Of a stretch of 64,000 nt of DNA, positions 18,145 to 27,507 are shown piece by piece. Below the pieces are notes generated by a model. That model was given only the letters and a program-made list of their open reading frames with translations. It was not told where the DNA came from and did not search any database. Every line of letters starts with the position of its first letter. Position 1 is the first letter of the stretch. The stretch comes from a bacterium (lineage in GTDB: Bacteria; Chloroflexota; Dormibacteria; Aeolococcales; Bog-877). Both the position numbers and the translations under genes were made by a program. The stretch is taken from contig JAKATL010000003.1 of NCBI GenBank assembly GCA_021827985.1, positions 3,155 through 67,154 on the forward strand. The letters run 5' to 3'.

Positions 18145-18828
18145 ATGGTCGTCCTGATCCTGGAGGCCGAGCCGGAGTACGCGGCCGTGGCCGCCCACCT
18201 GGTGGGCCAGGTCCCCGGCCTCACCTCGCGCGTGGCCGCCTCGCTGGAGGCGCTGGAGCTGGCCCTGCGCGAGGAGGCGCCGGCCGCCATCCTGGCAGAT
18301 CTCGGCCTGCTCCAGGGGCTGCGCGGGGTCGAGGCGGTCCGGGCGATGTCCACCTCTCCCCTGGTGGTCCTGGGGGAGACTTACCAGGCTCCCTCGCTGA
18401 TGGAGGCGGGTGCTGACTACGTGCTGCCCAAGCCCTACCCGCCGGCGCTCCTCACCGCCACCCTCCGGGCGGTCCTCCGCCGTCGGCAGGTGGAGAGGCG
18501 CTCCGCCGGCCGGGTGGTCGAGGTTGGCCCGCTCATCGTCGAGCCCGCCCGGCGCAGCGCCCGGATCGAGGGCCGGCGCCATCTGCTCAGTCCCCGAGAG
18601 GCCGACCTCCTGGAATACCTGGCGCTCAACGCCGGGACCGTGCTGTCCCGTCAGCAGATCATCGAGGGGGCGTGGGGCGGCGATCCGCGCGCCACCCCGG
18701 CCGCAGTCACCATGTGCGTCCACCGGCTCCGCCGCAAGCTGGAGCCCGATCCCGAGCACCCCCGTCTGCTGCGCTCCAGCCGCGGAGGCGGTTACCTCCT
18801 GCAGCCACTGCCCCAGGGCGCGCGGTGA
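18145..18828 (+). CDS. OmpR-family response regulator (receiver plus winged-helix); no cognate histidine kinase adjacent
   Basis: Receiver-like N-terminus (MVVLILEAEPE...AILADLGL). C-terminal winged-HTH (LLSPREADLLEYLALNAGTVLSRQQIIEGAWG...TMCVHRLRRKL). The stop overlaps the hpnA start (GTGA). Confidence 0.7.
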   Translation: MVVLILEAEPEYAAVAAHLVGQVPGLTSRVAASLEALELALREEAPAAILADLGLLQGLRGVEAVRAMSTSPLVVLGETYQAPSLMEAGADYVLPKPYPPALLTATLRAVLRRRQVERRSAGRVVEVGPLIVEPARRSARIEGRRHLLSPREADLLEYLALNAGTVLSRQQIIEGAWGGDPRATPAAVTMCVHRLRRKLEPDPEHPRLLRSSRGGGYLLQPLPQGAR

Positions 18829-19826
18829 GTGCCGGGGGGAGGACGGTCCTGGTCACCGGAGCCTCGGGCTTCGTCGGACGCTGGGTGGCGGCTGCGCTGG
18901 GGCTGGCCGGCTACCAACCCCGGCTGCTGATGCGGCCGCTGGCCCGAGTCCCGCCTCAACTGGGGGGGATGGAGGTGGCCCAGGGTGACCTCACCGCCCC
19001 GGAGACCCTTCCCCCGGCGCTGGAGGGGTGCTGGGGGGTGGTGCACTGTGCGGCGGACTACCGCCTCGCCCTCGGCCCCGGGGATCTCCACAGGATGCTG
19101 GAGGTCAACGTCGGCGGGACCGCAGCCCTGCTCCAGGCAGCCTCTCGGGCCGGAGTGGCGCGGTTCGTCCACTGCAGCACCGTGGGCACCTTGCATTTCA
19201 GCCGCACGGGCGAGGTTCGCTCCGAGCTGGATCTGGCTCGGGATGCGTCGGACCTGCCCGGTGCCTACAAGCGCAGCAAGTGGGCGGCCCAGAAGCTGGC
19301 CCAGGGGTTCTCGGGAACGATGCAGGTGGTGGTGGTCCAGCCGAGCACCCCCGTGGGGGCGGGCGACAGCCGTCCGACCCCCACCGGGGCCATCATCCGG
19401 GACTTCCTCTTGGGCAGGATTCCAGCAGCCACCGACACCGGACTCAACCTCGTCGATGTCAGGGGGGTGGGGACCGGACATGTGCTGGCGCTGGAGCGGG
19501 GCAAGCCCGGGCGCAGCTACATCCTGGGGGACGAGAACTGGACCATGAGCCGGCTGCTCAACGAGCTGGCCCGGCTGGCCGGGCGCCCCGCGCCCCGGTT
19601 CCGGATCCCGATCTGGGCGGGCTTCGCTGCAGCCGCGATCAGCGAGGGATCGGCGGCGGCCCGTCGGAGGGCGCCGGGGATCCCTCTGACCGCCGTCCGG
19701 ATGGCGGCCAGGCCCATGTACGTGACGGCGGAGCGGGCGCGGTCGGAGCTCGGCTGGAGGCCCGGCGACCTCAACGAGGCGCTCCGCCAGGCGGTTGCCG
19801 AACTGGCGACCCGCGGAGACGGCTGA
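18825..19826 (+). CDS. hpnA: Hopanoid-associated sugar epimerase HpnA (NAD-dependent epimerase/dehydratase family)
   Basis: Rossmann motif VLVTGASGFVGRWV and catalytic YKRSK (YxxxK). Sits in the hopanoid cluster. Confidence 0.75.
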   Translation: MSAGGRTVLVTGASGFVGRWVAAALGLAGYQPRLLMRPLARVPPQLGGMEVAQGDLTAPETLPPALEGCWGVVHCAADYRLALGPGDLHRMLEVNVGGTAALLQAASRAGVARFVHCSTVGTLHFSRTGEVRSELDLARDASDLPGAYKRSKWAAQKLAQGFSGTMQVVVVQPSTPVGAGDSRPTPTGAIIRDFLLGRIPAATDTGLNLVDVRGVGTGHVLALERGKPGRSYILGDENWTMSRLLNELARLAGRPAPRFRIPIWAGFAAAAISEGSAAARRRAPGIPLTAVRMAARPMYVTAERARSELGWRPGDLNEALRQAVAELATRGDG

Positions 19827-21288
19827 GCTGCCCGCCTGGATCCCGGCCCTGGCTGGCCGGTGGTATGCCATCCTCCCCTGGCTGCTCATGGCGGCGGTCC
19901 TGATCCGCACCTTCGGCTGGCGCCGGGCCCTGCCACTCCTGGCCGGGGGATATCTGATCGCCTGGCTGGCGGAGTGGGGCTCCACCGCCGGACCGGGGAT
20001 TCCCTTCGGGGTCTACCACTACCGGCCCACGGGCCTCCACTCCGACCTGCGGGTTTCGGGGGTCCCGCTCTTCGACAGCCTCAGCTTCACCTGGCTGGCC
20101 GTCTCCGCCTTCACCGTTCTCGGCCGGGTGGGCTCCCGAGGGGCGGTTCGGGTGGGGCTCACGGGCCTCGCCATGGTCGCCATCGACCTGGTGGTGGATC
20201 CGGTGGCCCTCCGAGGTGGCCGCTGGTGGCTGGGTTCGATCTACAGCTACCCGCCGGGGAGTGGGGTCTGGTACGGGGTCAGCCTCCTCAACTACGTCGG
20301 CTGGCTGGCCGTCGGACTGGCCGTCGCCCTCTGGATCCGCCTGTGCCTCGGGGACTACCCGGGGTCGCTGCGGCTCCCGCTCACCTTGAGCGCCCTCCTG
20401 CTGCTGGGTGTGATGCTGCAGAGCACGGTGCTGGCGGTGCTGCTCGGGGTGGGGCTGAGCGCGCTGGCGGCAGCGCTCGTCCTCGTCATCACCGGCCTTC
20501 TGGCCCGCGGCGGCGCGTGGCCGGCGCCGCGGGCTCCTGAGCTCCTGGTGGCCTGTGCCCTGGACTCCGAGGCGGCCACCTGTCGGCGTGCGCTGGGCGG
20601 AGCGTGGGAGCGCGACCCGACCCACGGACTGGTGCGCTGGAGGCGCCGGGGCGGCGAGGTGGAGGTGTGGGCTACCGGGACCGGCCAGCCCAGGGCGCGG
20701 GCGGCCTGCGCCCTGGCTCCACTGGGGGCCCGGGTCCTGGTGGCGGGGGTGGCGGGCGCGCTGGACGACTCCTGGGAGACGGGGACGGTCGCCGTGGCGC
20801 GCCGGTTGGTCGCGTTGGGCCCAGGTCCGGTAGCCCTCGATCCCGCCATCACCTCGGAGCTGGGCCTCCTCGCACACGCCCGTCCGGCGACCCTCGCCTC
20901 GGTGGACACGGTGGCGGATGACCCAAGGGAGCGCCAGCGGCTGCGCGCCCTCGGCGCCGACCTGGTGGAGATGGAGACGGCCGGCTGGTTCTCAGGACGC
21001 GGGCTGCCCGTGGGGGGCCTCCGCGTCGTTCTGGACCGACCCTCGGAGCCGCTGGGACCGCTGGCCGCCCTCGTGGCCCAGGGCAGCCGCGGTGCCTCTC
21101 CGCTGCGTGTCGCGTCGTTGATGGCCCAGCGGCCGGGCTCACTGCCGGCCCTGATCCGTCTGGGCGGCAGGCAGCGCAGGGCGCTGGCCCAGCTGGGCAG
21201 CGCGGTGGCCCAGGTGGGCCCCAGTTTGGTCGGGAATGCCAAGGACCCGGTCCCGGCCGCCCAGCCGGTGGTGGGTCCGCGCCGCTGA
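19795..21288 (+). CDS. hpnG: Fusion protein: N-terminal polytopic membrane domain (about 250 aa) plus C-terminal HpnG-like hopanoid-associated nucleoside phosphorylase (PNP_UDP_1 family)
   Basis: One uninterrupted 497-codon frame. N-terminus: 6-7 TM segments (YHYRPTGLHSDLRVSGVPLFDSLSFTWLAVSAF...). C-terminus: ELLVACALDSEAATCRRALGG...VWATGTGQPRARAACALAPLGARVLVAGVAGALD...ADLVEMETAG, the purine/MTA-nucleosidase fold typical of HpnG. An internal GTG (about 20545) could also yield a stand-alone HpnG. Confidence 0.6.
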   Translation: MPNWRPAETAELPAWIPALAGRWYAILPWLLMAAVLIRTFGWRRALPLLAGGYLIAWLAEWGSTAGPGIPFGVYHYRPTGLHSDLRVSGVPLFDSLSFTWLAVSAFTVLGRVGSRGAVRVGLTGLAMVAIDLVVDPVALRGGRWWLGSIYSYPPGSGVWYGVSLLNYVGWLAVGLAVALWIRLCLGDYPGSLRLPLTLSALLLLGVMLQSTVLAVLLGVGLSALAAALVLVITGLLARGGAWPAPRAPELLVACALDSEAATCRRALGGAWERDPTHGLVRWRRRGGEVEVWATGTGQPRARAACALAPLGARVLVAGVAGALDDSWETGTVAVARRLVALGPGPVALDPAITSELGLLAHARPATLASVDTVADDPRERQRLRALGADLVEMETAGWFSGRGLPVGGLRVVLDRPSEPLGPLAALVAQGSRGASPLRVASLMAQRPGSLPALIRLGGRQRRALAQLGSAVAQVGPSLVGNAKDPVPAAQPVVGPRR

Positions 21289-21449
21289 CCGGTCCGGCTC
21301 TCTCGCCGGTCCGGGCGACGCTCGGCGCCTGGGCCGGCCGCGGCCTTCGACGGGTGCTTCGGCGCAGCCAGCTGCGCCACCGAATTCACGCCCTGGGGGA
21401 ACCTGTACGGCGGGCGGCGGAGCCCACCGCAGGTGGGCCCGGGAAGCGG

Positions 21450-22766
21450 TCAGGCGAGAAGATGCCGGGCCGCTGCGCTGCCACTGCGCACCGCACCCTC
21501 CATGGTCGCCGGCCACCCGGTACGGGTCCAGCTGCCAGCCAGGGCCACCCCTGGGACGGCATCGCTGGGGCCGGGCCGCCGGGCCGCCGAGCCGGGTTCA
21601 GGCCAGAAGGTGGCGTGGGCCTCCCGCGTCACCCGGCTGTGCACCAGTCGGGCCCGGGCCGCCGGGGGGAATGTCTCCTGACACAACTGCCAGATGTCGG
21701 CGGAGAGGCGCCCCTCGGGAACTCCAACCTCGGCTTCGGCTGCGGAGATGGAAATGGCCGCATGCCAGCTCCCCTCCAGCAGCTGGTCGTCCAGCCGGGA
21801 GCGGTCGAAGGCCCACTGGAGCCGGCTCCTCGGGATGAGCGTAACGGCTCCCGGCAGGAAGGGGCGGTCGGTGAAGAGATGCACGTTCACGATCGGGGAA
21901 TCGGGGATGCCGGCGGCCGCCTCCAGGGCCGGGGTGGACCGTCCCTCCGCCAGGAGAAGGCGGTGGGCCGACCTGGCGGGCACCGCCAGGACCGCCGCGT
22001 CGAAGGCCTCCTCCGCGCCGGGGCCGTGGGTCACGTAGAGCTTTGAGCCAGGTCCGCAGCTGACCGAGTGGACGCGCGAGTCCAGGCGGACCTCCACCCC
22101 GGCCGCCTGCAGGGCACGGCGCGCCGGAGGGTCCAGCCACTGGGTGAGGTCCGTCCCGGGGACGCGAAGGGCCCCGGCGCGGGATGAGCTGAGGAGCCCC
22201 TCCCGGACCACGAACGCGGCCAGCTCGGCGCTGCAGCGGTCCAGTGGGGCGTTGCAGGCGGCCACCAGGAAGGGCTCCCAGAGCTGGGAGATCAGCTGTT
22301 CCGGCTGGCCCAAGGCTCTCAGCCAGCCCAGCGCGGGCAGGTCGTCGAGCCCGCCCGGCCCCTCCCTCAGCGCGGCGGCCACCCGGGCGACGTGGAGCAG
22401 CGAGCCTCTGGGCAGCCTGGGCCAGGCGCCGAGAACCGGCAGGAGGTGGAACGGGGCGGGTAGCGGCGCGGCGGAGAGCTGGCGCGGCCGGGGGTGCCCG
22501 GGGTCCACGACCGTGAGCTCCAGGCGCTCCTGGCGTAGCGCGGGCTCCACGCCGAGGCGGCCCAGCAGCGCCTCCAGCTCGGTGCAGCATCCGAGATACA
22601 CGTGCTGCCCGGTGTCCACCCGGCCGGCCACCGGGTCCGGAACCGAGCGGCAGAGGCCGCCGAGCTGGCCGGAGCGTTCCAGGAGAGCCACCTGGACCCC
22701 GGCGGCCGCCAGGTCCAGCGCCGCCGTTATCCCGGCCAGGCCGCCTCCCACCACCACCGCCCGCAT
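21450..22766 (-). CDS. hpnE: Squalene-associated FAD-dependent desaturase HpnE (amine-oxidase/phytoene-desaturase family)
   Basis: ATG with MRAVVVGGGLAGITAALDLAAAGVQVALLERSGQLGG (FAD GxGxxG). The first 89 codons of the track ORF are junk. Confidence 0.8.
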   Translation of the reverse strand: MRAVVVGGGLAGITAALDLAAAGVQVALLERSGQLGGLCRSVPDPVAGRVDTGQHVYLGCCTELEALLGRLGVEPALRQERLELTVVDPGHPRPRQLSAAPLPAPFHLLPVLGAWPRLPRGSLLHVARVAAALREGPGGLDDLPALGWLRALGQPEQLISQLWEPFLVAACNAPLDRCSAELAAFVVREGLLSSSRAGALRVPGTDLTQWLDPPARRALQAAGVEVRLDSRVHSVSCGPGSKLYVTHGPGAEEAFDAAVLAVPARSAHRLLLAEGRSTPALEAAAGIPDSPIVNVHLFTDRPFLPGAVTLIPRSRLQWAFDRSRLDDQLLEGSWHAAISISAAEAEVGVPEGRLSADIWQLCQETFPPAARARLVHSRVTREAHATFWPEPGSAARRPGPSDAVPGVALAGSWTRTGWPATMEGAVRSGSAAARHLLA

Positions 22767-22773
22767 CGGTGAC

Positions 22774-23652
22774 TCAGGGCCTGAGGGTGGCGCTCGCCCA
22801 GGCGACCATGGCCAGCCCCACCTTGTGGCGGGAGCTGAGCCGGACCCGCCCGCCCTGCACGTCGTATCCGTCTCGCTCGATCCGGTCCAGCAGAGCCTGG
22901 TACAGCGCGGCCAGCGCCGCCGGGCAGCCGCGGGCGTCCCGTTCCACCAGCGGCACCAGCTGGAGGCCGGTGCGGAAGCGATCGCGGGCCAGTTCCACCT
23001 CGTGGGCCATGAGGTCGCGGTAGCGGTGGGCATTCGGCCCCCTTCCCCCCACCAGGAGATCCTCCTCGGTGAGCTGAAAGCGCTCCATCACCTCGTCGGG
23101 CAGGTAGCGACGTCCGGCGGCCAGGTCCTCGCCGAGGTCGCGGAGGATGTTGGTCCGCTGCATAGCCTCCCCCAGGGCCACGGCCAGCCGCTCAACCTGG
23201 GGATCCTGGTAGCGAAAGATCCGGGCGCTGAGCAGCCCGACCACCCCCGCCACCCCGTAGCAGTAGTCGGCCAGCTCTCGCTCTGAGCGGATCCTCATCG
23301 GCCGGCAGTCAGCGGCGCAGCCGTCGATCACCTGGTGCAGGTGTTGGGGCGAGAGCGAGAACCGCTGCGCCGTGTCCAACAGGATGAGCCAGCCTGCGTC
23401 CGGCGGGTCCCCGGCGAGGCTGCGTTCCAGGGTGCTGCGGTAGGACTCGAGCCGCCGGAGCCGCCGCCCGGCGTCCTCAGGGGCGTCGGCGATGTCGTCC
23501 GCGCCCCGGCAGAAGCGGTAAAGGGCATGGAGCCCCTGGCGCTTCTCGGCGGGCAGGAGCCGGAAGGCGTAGTAGAAGTTGCCCGCTGCCGCCCGCACCT
23601 CACGGGCGCAGCGGCGGTACCCCAGCTCCAGCTCGACCGAGCTGACGCTCAC
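22774..23652 (-). CDS. hpnD: Presqualene diphosphate synthase HpnD (squalene/phytoene synthase family)
   Basis: Squalene/phytoene synthase DxxxD motifs (YRFCRGADDIAD; NILRDLGEDLAAGRRYLP). GTG start overlapping the hpnC stop (GTGA). Confidence 0.85.
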   Translation of the reverse strand: MSVSSVELELGYRRCAREVRAAAGNFYYAFRLLPAEKRQGLHALYRFCRGADDIADAPEDAGRRLRRLESYRSTLERSLAGDPPDAGWLILLDTAQRFSLSPQHLHQVIDGCAADCRPMRIRSERELADYCYGVAGVVGLLSARIFRYQDPQVERLAVALGEAMQRTNILRDLGEDLAAGRRYLPDEVMERFQLTEEDLLVGGRGPNAHRYRDLMAHEVELARDRFRTGLQLVPLVERDARGCPAALAALYQALLDRIERDGYDVQGGRVRLSSRHKVGLAMVAWASATLRP

Positions 23653-24515
23653 GCGGCGCCGCGCCGGCCCGCCCGGAGCGCGGCCAGGGATCCCAGGAGG
23701 GCCCGGCGGCGCGAGCCCCGGGGCAGCCGGGCCTTGCGTTGGAACACCAGGTCCCCATCCGCCAGCACCCCGTCCGAGGCCTCCAGCCCGCTGAGGATGA
23801 AGGTGGCCATCTCCAGCCGCATCAGCCCCGGCGTCTTCGCCGCCAGCGGCCACCCCTGGCGCAGAAGGCTCCGGGACCGGCCCACGGCGTGGGCCATGGC
23901 CGCCCGCATGGCCGGCGTGGCGCGACCCCGCCACCAATCCGCCTCATCCACCCCGTGCTGCGCCAGCACCTCCGCGGGCAGGTAGCGCCGCCCCCGCTCT
24001 CGGTCCGCGGCCACGTCCTGCCACATGTTGACCAGCTGCAGTCCGGTGCAGATGGAGTCGGAGAGGGAGATCAGCTCGGGGTCGGAGATCCCCTCCAGTG
24101 CCAGCACCAGCTCGCCCACCGGATTGGCGGAGAGGTCGCAGTAGCGGTCCAGCTCCTCCCAGGTCGAGTAGGTGAGCACCTCCTGGTCCTGCTGGTTGGC
24201 CGCGATCAGCCGAACGAACGGATCGCGGCGCAGGTTGAAGCGCTGGATGACCGGACGCAGCCTCACGAACACCGGGTGCTCGGGCTCACCGGTGTAGCAG
24301 GCCTCGAGCTCCTCGCGGCAGCGGTCGAGCTGGCCCACGGGGTCTCCCAGCCGCTCGTCCCCGATGTCGTCCACCAGCCGGCAGAAGCCGTATATGGCGG
24401 CCCTGGCCTCGCGTCGAGAGGGGCGAAGCAGCCAGGCTGCGATGGGGAAGTTCTCGCGCCCGCGGGCGTCCGCCAACCGGGACCGCGAGTACTCCGGCAG
24501 CGTGGCCTGGCTCAC
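23649..24515 (-). CDS. hpnC: Hydroxysqualene synthase HpnC (squalene/phytoene synthase family)
   Basis: YGFCRLVDDIGDE and NMWQDVAADRERGRRYLP motifs. GTG start at 24515 overlapping the shc stop (GTGA). Confidence 0.85.
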   Translation of the reverse strand: MSQATLPEYSRSRLADARGRENFPIAAWLLRPSRREARAAIYGFCRLVDDIGDERLGDPVGQLDRCREELEACYTGEPEHPVFVRLRPVIQRFNLRRDPFVRLIAANQQDQEVLTYSTWEELDRYCDLSANPVGELVLALEGISDPELISLSDSICTGLQLVNMWQDVAADRERGRRYLPAEVLAQHGVDEADWWRGRATPAMRAAMAHAVGRSRSLLRQGWPLAAKTPGLMRLEMATFILSGLEASDGVLADGDLVFQRKARLPRGSRRRALLGSLAALRAGRRGAA

Positions 24516-26452
24516 CAGCTGGACCCCAGCTCCCGGCCCGGTGCCGAGAAGCGGGCGAGAGCCATCACCGGAAAGATGGTGGCGTACAGCCGGTAGCGCA
24601 GGTAGAAGGCCCGGGGGAATCCGGTGCCGGTGAAATAGGGGTCTTCCCACCCCCCCTCCGGGAGCTGCGTCTTAGCGAGGCTCTGGGCGGCGGCCGCGGC
24701 CGCCGCCCAGAGGCGGCCCTCTCTGTCCAGCTCCCCGGAGACCCTGGCCGCCGCCAGGAGTGCCATGAGCGCCCAGCCGGTCTGCGAGGGCGTGGCCTCT
24801 CCGCGTCCGATGTGCTCCGGCTCATGGTAGGAGAGCACCGACTCCCCGAAGGAGCCGTCGGCGTGCTGGTGCTCGACCACCCACTGGCCCAGCCGCAGAA
24901 GCCGCTCGCGATCAACGGGATCCCCGGTCACCCCCAGTGCCGGCGCCACGGCGGCCGCGCCGTACACGTAGTTCACCCCCCATCGGCCGTAATAGGCGCC
25001 TGACCCCTCCTCGGCACGGCGCAGCCAGGAGAGCGCCCCGAGCCGTGCCGGCTCCAGGTCATCTCCCCCGCAGCGAACCAGGGCCTCGACGACGTGGGCG
25101 GTGACGTCGGGGCTGGGCGGGTCCAGCACCTCTCCGAAGTCCGAGGTGGGCAGGTGCTCCACCCAGCTGCGCCGGTTGTCCACGTCAAAGGCCCCGAAAC
25201 CGCCGTCCTCGCCCTGCATGGCAAGGAGCCAGCGGAGCGCCCGCTCCATGGCCGCGCCCACCTCGCCGGGCTCGTGCCGCCGGTGTCCGGCCGCGGTCAG
25301 GGCGCAGAGAACCACGGCGGTGTCGTCGGTGTCGGGGTACTGATCGTTGAAGAGCTCGAACGGCCATCCGCCCGGGGGGACCCCGGGGCGCCTCACCGCC
25401 CAGTCGCCCGGGCGCCGCACCTCCCGTCCCATGAGCCACTCCACCCCGCGGCGGAGGGCCGGATGATCGGAGGGCAGGCCGGCGTCCGCCAGCGCCCAGA
25501 CCGCCAGGGCGGTGTCCCAAACGGGCGAGATGCACGCCTGCAACCTGAATCCCTTCTCGTCCTCGATGCCAAAGCTCTCCAGCGCCGCCAGCCCAGAGCG
25601 CACCGCAGGGTGGTCCAGCCCCAGCCCCCGGGCCCGGAGCGCCATGAGCCCGTACACCCAGGGGGGCTGGATTCCCGCCCAGGATCCGTCCGCCTCCTGG
25701 TGGTCCAAAACCCACCTCTCCGCCCGGGCCAGGGCCAGCCGGCGGGTGGGTGTCCATGGCAGCCGCTCGTAGTGCCGCGCCAGCCGCTCAGCCACCCGCC
25801 AGCCCCAGGTGCCGGCCGCCCGGCCCCGGGCACCCCGGGGCAGCTCACCGGGCTTGGGCTCGGAGAGGGGGAAGACGGTCTCCTGGGTGCGCAGGATGCT
25901 CAGGGGAACCGTGGTGGCTCGGGCCCAGGAGGCCAGGTCGTAGATGCTGCCGGGGAACCGGCCGGGGAGCAGCACCCACTCCGGAGGAACCGCGGGCAGC
26001 TCCCGCCAGGGCCAGAGCCCCCCCAGCGCCAGCCAGAGGCGTGTGAACATCCGGGTGGCCTCCACCCCGCCGTGCGCCGCCACGAAGTCCCGGGCGGCAC
26101 TCACTTGAGGGTGGCCCGGCGGCAGCCCGGCAGCCCGCAGAGCAACCATCACCTCGGTGGTGACGCTCACATCGCCCTCCAGCCCCGGCGCGATCGGATA
26201 GCCGCCATCCGCGCCCTGCTTCCCGAGGAGGTGGCGGACGGCCGCAGCCTCCCTCGCGGGATCGACGACCTCCAGGAAGCGGCACAGTAGGACGTACTCG
26301 GCGGTGATGGAGGCGTTGCTCTCAAGCTCCCCCATCCAGTGGCCATCCGGATGCTGGCGCCGCAGTAGGCTGGCCACCGCCCGCTCGAGGACGGCCCCCG
26401 CCTCCCTCCGGGCGGCCTCCGGGCTCGGCGGCAGGGCCACCTCCAGGGTCAA
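24512..26452 (-). CDS. shc: Squalene-hopene cyclase
   Basis: QW repeats and the DxDDTA catalytic motif (DTDDTAVVLCALT). N-terminal region resembles A. acidocaldarius SHC (LERAVASLLRRQHPDGHWMGELESNASITAEYVLL). TTG start at 26452 overlapping the FPP synthase stop. Confidence 0.9.
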   Translation of the reverse strand: MTLEVALPPSPEAARREAGAVLERAVASLLRRQHPDGHWMGELESNASITAEYVLLCRFLEVVDPAREAAAVRHLLGKQGADGGYPIAPGLEGDVSVTTEVMVALRAAGLPPGHPQVSAARDFVAAHGGVEATRMFTRLWLALGGLWPWRELPAVPPEWVLLPGRFPGSIYDLASWARATTVPLSILRTQETVFPLSEPKPGELPRGARGRAAGTWGWRVAERLARHYERLPWTPTRRLALARAERWVLDHQEADGSWAGIQPPWVYGLMALRARGLGLDHPAVRSGLAALESFGIEDEKGFRLQACISPVWDTALAVWALADAGLPSDHPALRRGVEWLMGREVRRPGDWAVRRPGVPPGGWPFELFNDQYPDTDDTAVVLCALTAAGHRRHEPGEVGAAMERALRWLLAMQGEDGGFGAFDVDNRRSWVEHLPTSDFGEVLDPPSPDVTAHVVEALVRCGGDDLEPARLGALSWLRRAEEGSGAYYGRWGVNYVYGAAAVAPALGVTGDPVDRERLLRLGQWVVEHQHADGSFGESVLSYHEPEHIGRGEATPSQTGWALMALLAAARVSGELDREGRLWAAAAAAAQSLAKTQLPEGGWEDPYFTGTGFPRAFYLRYRLYATIFPVMALARFSAPGRELGSSW

Positions 26453-27507
26453 GAGGCTCTCTCCCCCAGCCAGCGGCAGAGTACCTCGATCTCCCCCGCC
26501 ACCTCCTCCCGCAGCGGCAGCCTGGCGGCGGCGTTCAGCGCCTTCTCGGTCCAGGTGGTGGTGAGGCCCTGGCAGCGGTCCGCCACCCCGCCCTCGCGCA
26601 GAAGGGCCACCGCCGCTGGCAGGTCGCGCGGACCGAGTCCGGGGGGCTCCAACCAGCTTCGGGCCGTGCTCCCCAGGTGGCCGTTGCCACCCAGCGCCAG
26701 GAGCAGCGGAAGCCCCTGCTTTCCGCGTACCAGGTCGTTGCCCACCGGCTTGCCAGTCACCACCTCGTCGCCGAACACGCCGAGGGCGTCGTCCCGGAGC
26801 TGGAAGGCGATCCCCAGCGTGCGGCCGAAGGCCTCGCACGCCGATACCGTGTCCGGCCCCGCTCCGGCGGCGATCGCCCCCAGCGCGGTGGCCGCCCCCA
26901 TGAGCGCCCCGGTCTTGAGCTCCACCATCCTCATGTAGGCGGGAAGACCCTGGAAGGGGGCGCCGGTGCTGGAGATGTCGGCCTGCTGCCCGGCCACCAT
27001 CTCCATGGTGGCACGGCTCAGCTCGGCGCTCGCCCTCTGGGCAACCACCGGGTCCAGCTCCCTGGCCGCCAGCAGTCGGAAGGCCAGTGTCAGGAGGGCG
27101 TCCCCGGTGTTGAGGGCGGTGGGCAGCCCGTATCGGACCCAGAGGGCCGGCTGACCTCGCCGGGCACGGTCCTCGTCGACGATGTCGTCGTGGGCGAGGG
27201 AGAAGTCGTGGACCAGCTGGACGGTGGCGGCCAGCTGGGCGGCCACGCGCTGGTCAGCGCCCAGCCCCTCGCCGACCAGCATGGTCAGGGTGGGGCGGAG
27301 AGCCTTGCCGGGCCGAGCGCCCTCCTCCAGGCCGAGGTGGTAGCGCCCGGGGCCGGCGACCTCGGAGGGCAGCAGCGCGCAGGCGCGCTCCAGGCCCGAG
27401 GTCACCCTCTCCTGGTACCGCCCGAGAAGCTCCTGGGCCGCCCGGGCCAGACCCTCGGTCAACCCCTCGGGGCGCGCCTCCAGGGTGGCCGGCTCCTCAG
27501 AGGGCAC
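26449..27507 (-). CDS. ispA: Polyprenyl diphosphate synthase (farnesyl/geranylgeranyl diphosphate synthase, IspA-like)
   Basis: FARM (LVHDFSLAHDDIVDED) and SARM (FQLRDDALGVFGD) aspartate-rich motifs. Confidence 0.85.
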   Translation of the reverse strand: MPSEEPATLEARPEGLTEGLARAAQELLGRYQERVTSGLERACALLPSEVAGPGRYHLGLEEGARPGKALRPTLTMLVGEGLGADQRVAAQLAATVQLVHDFSLAHDDIVDEDRARRGQPALWVRYGLPTALNTGDALLTLAFRLLAARELDPVVAQRASAELSRATMEMVAGQQADISSTGAPFQGLPAYMRMVELKTGALMGAATALGAIAAGAGPDTVSACEAFGRTLGIAFQLRDDALGVFGDEVVTGKPVGNDLVRGKQGLPLLLALGGNGHLGSTARSWLEPPGLGPRDLPAAVALLREGGVADRCQGLTTTWTEKALNAAARLPLREEVAGEIEVLCRWLGERAS

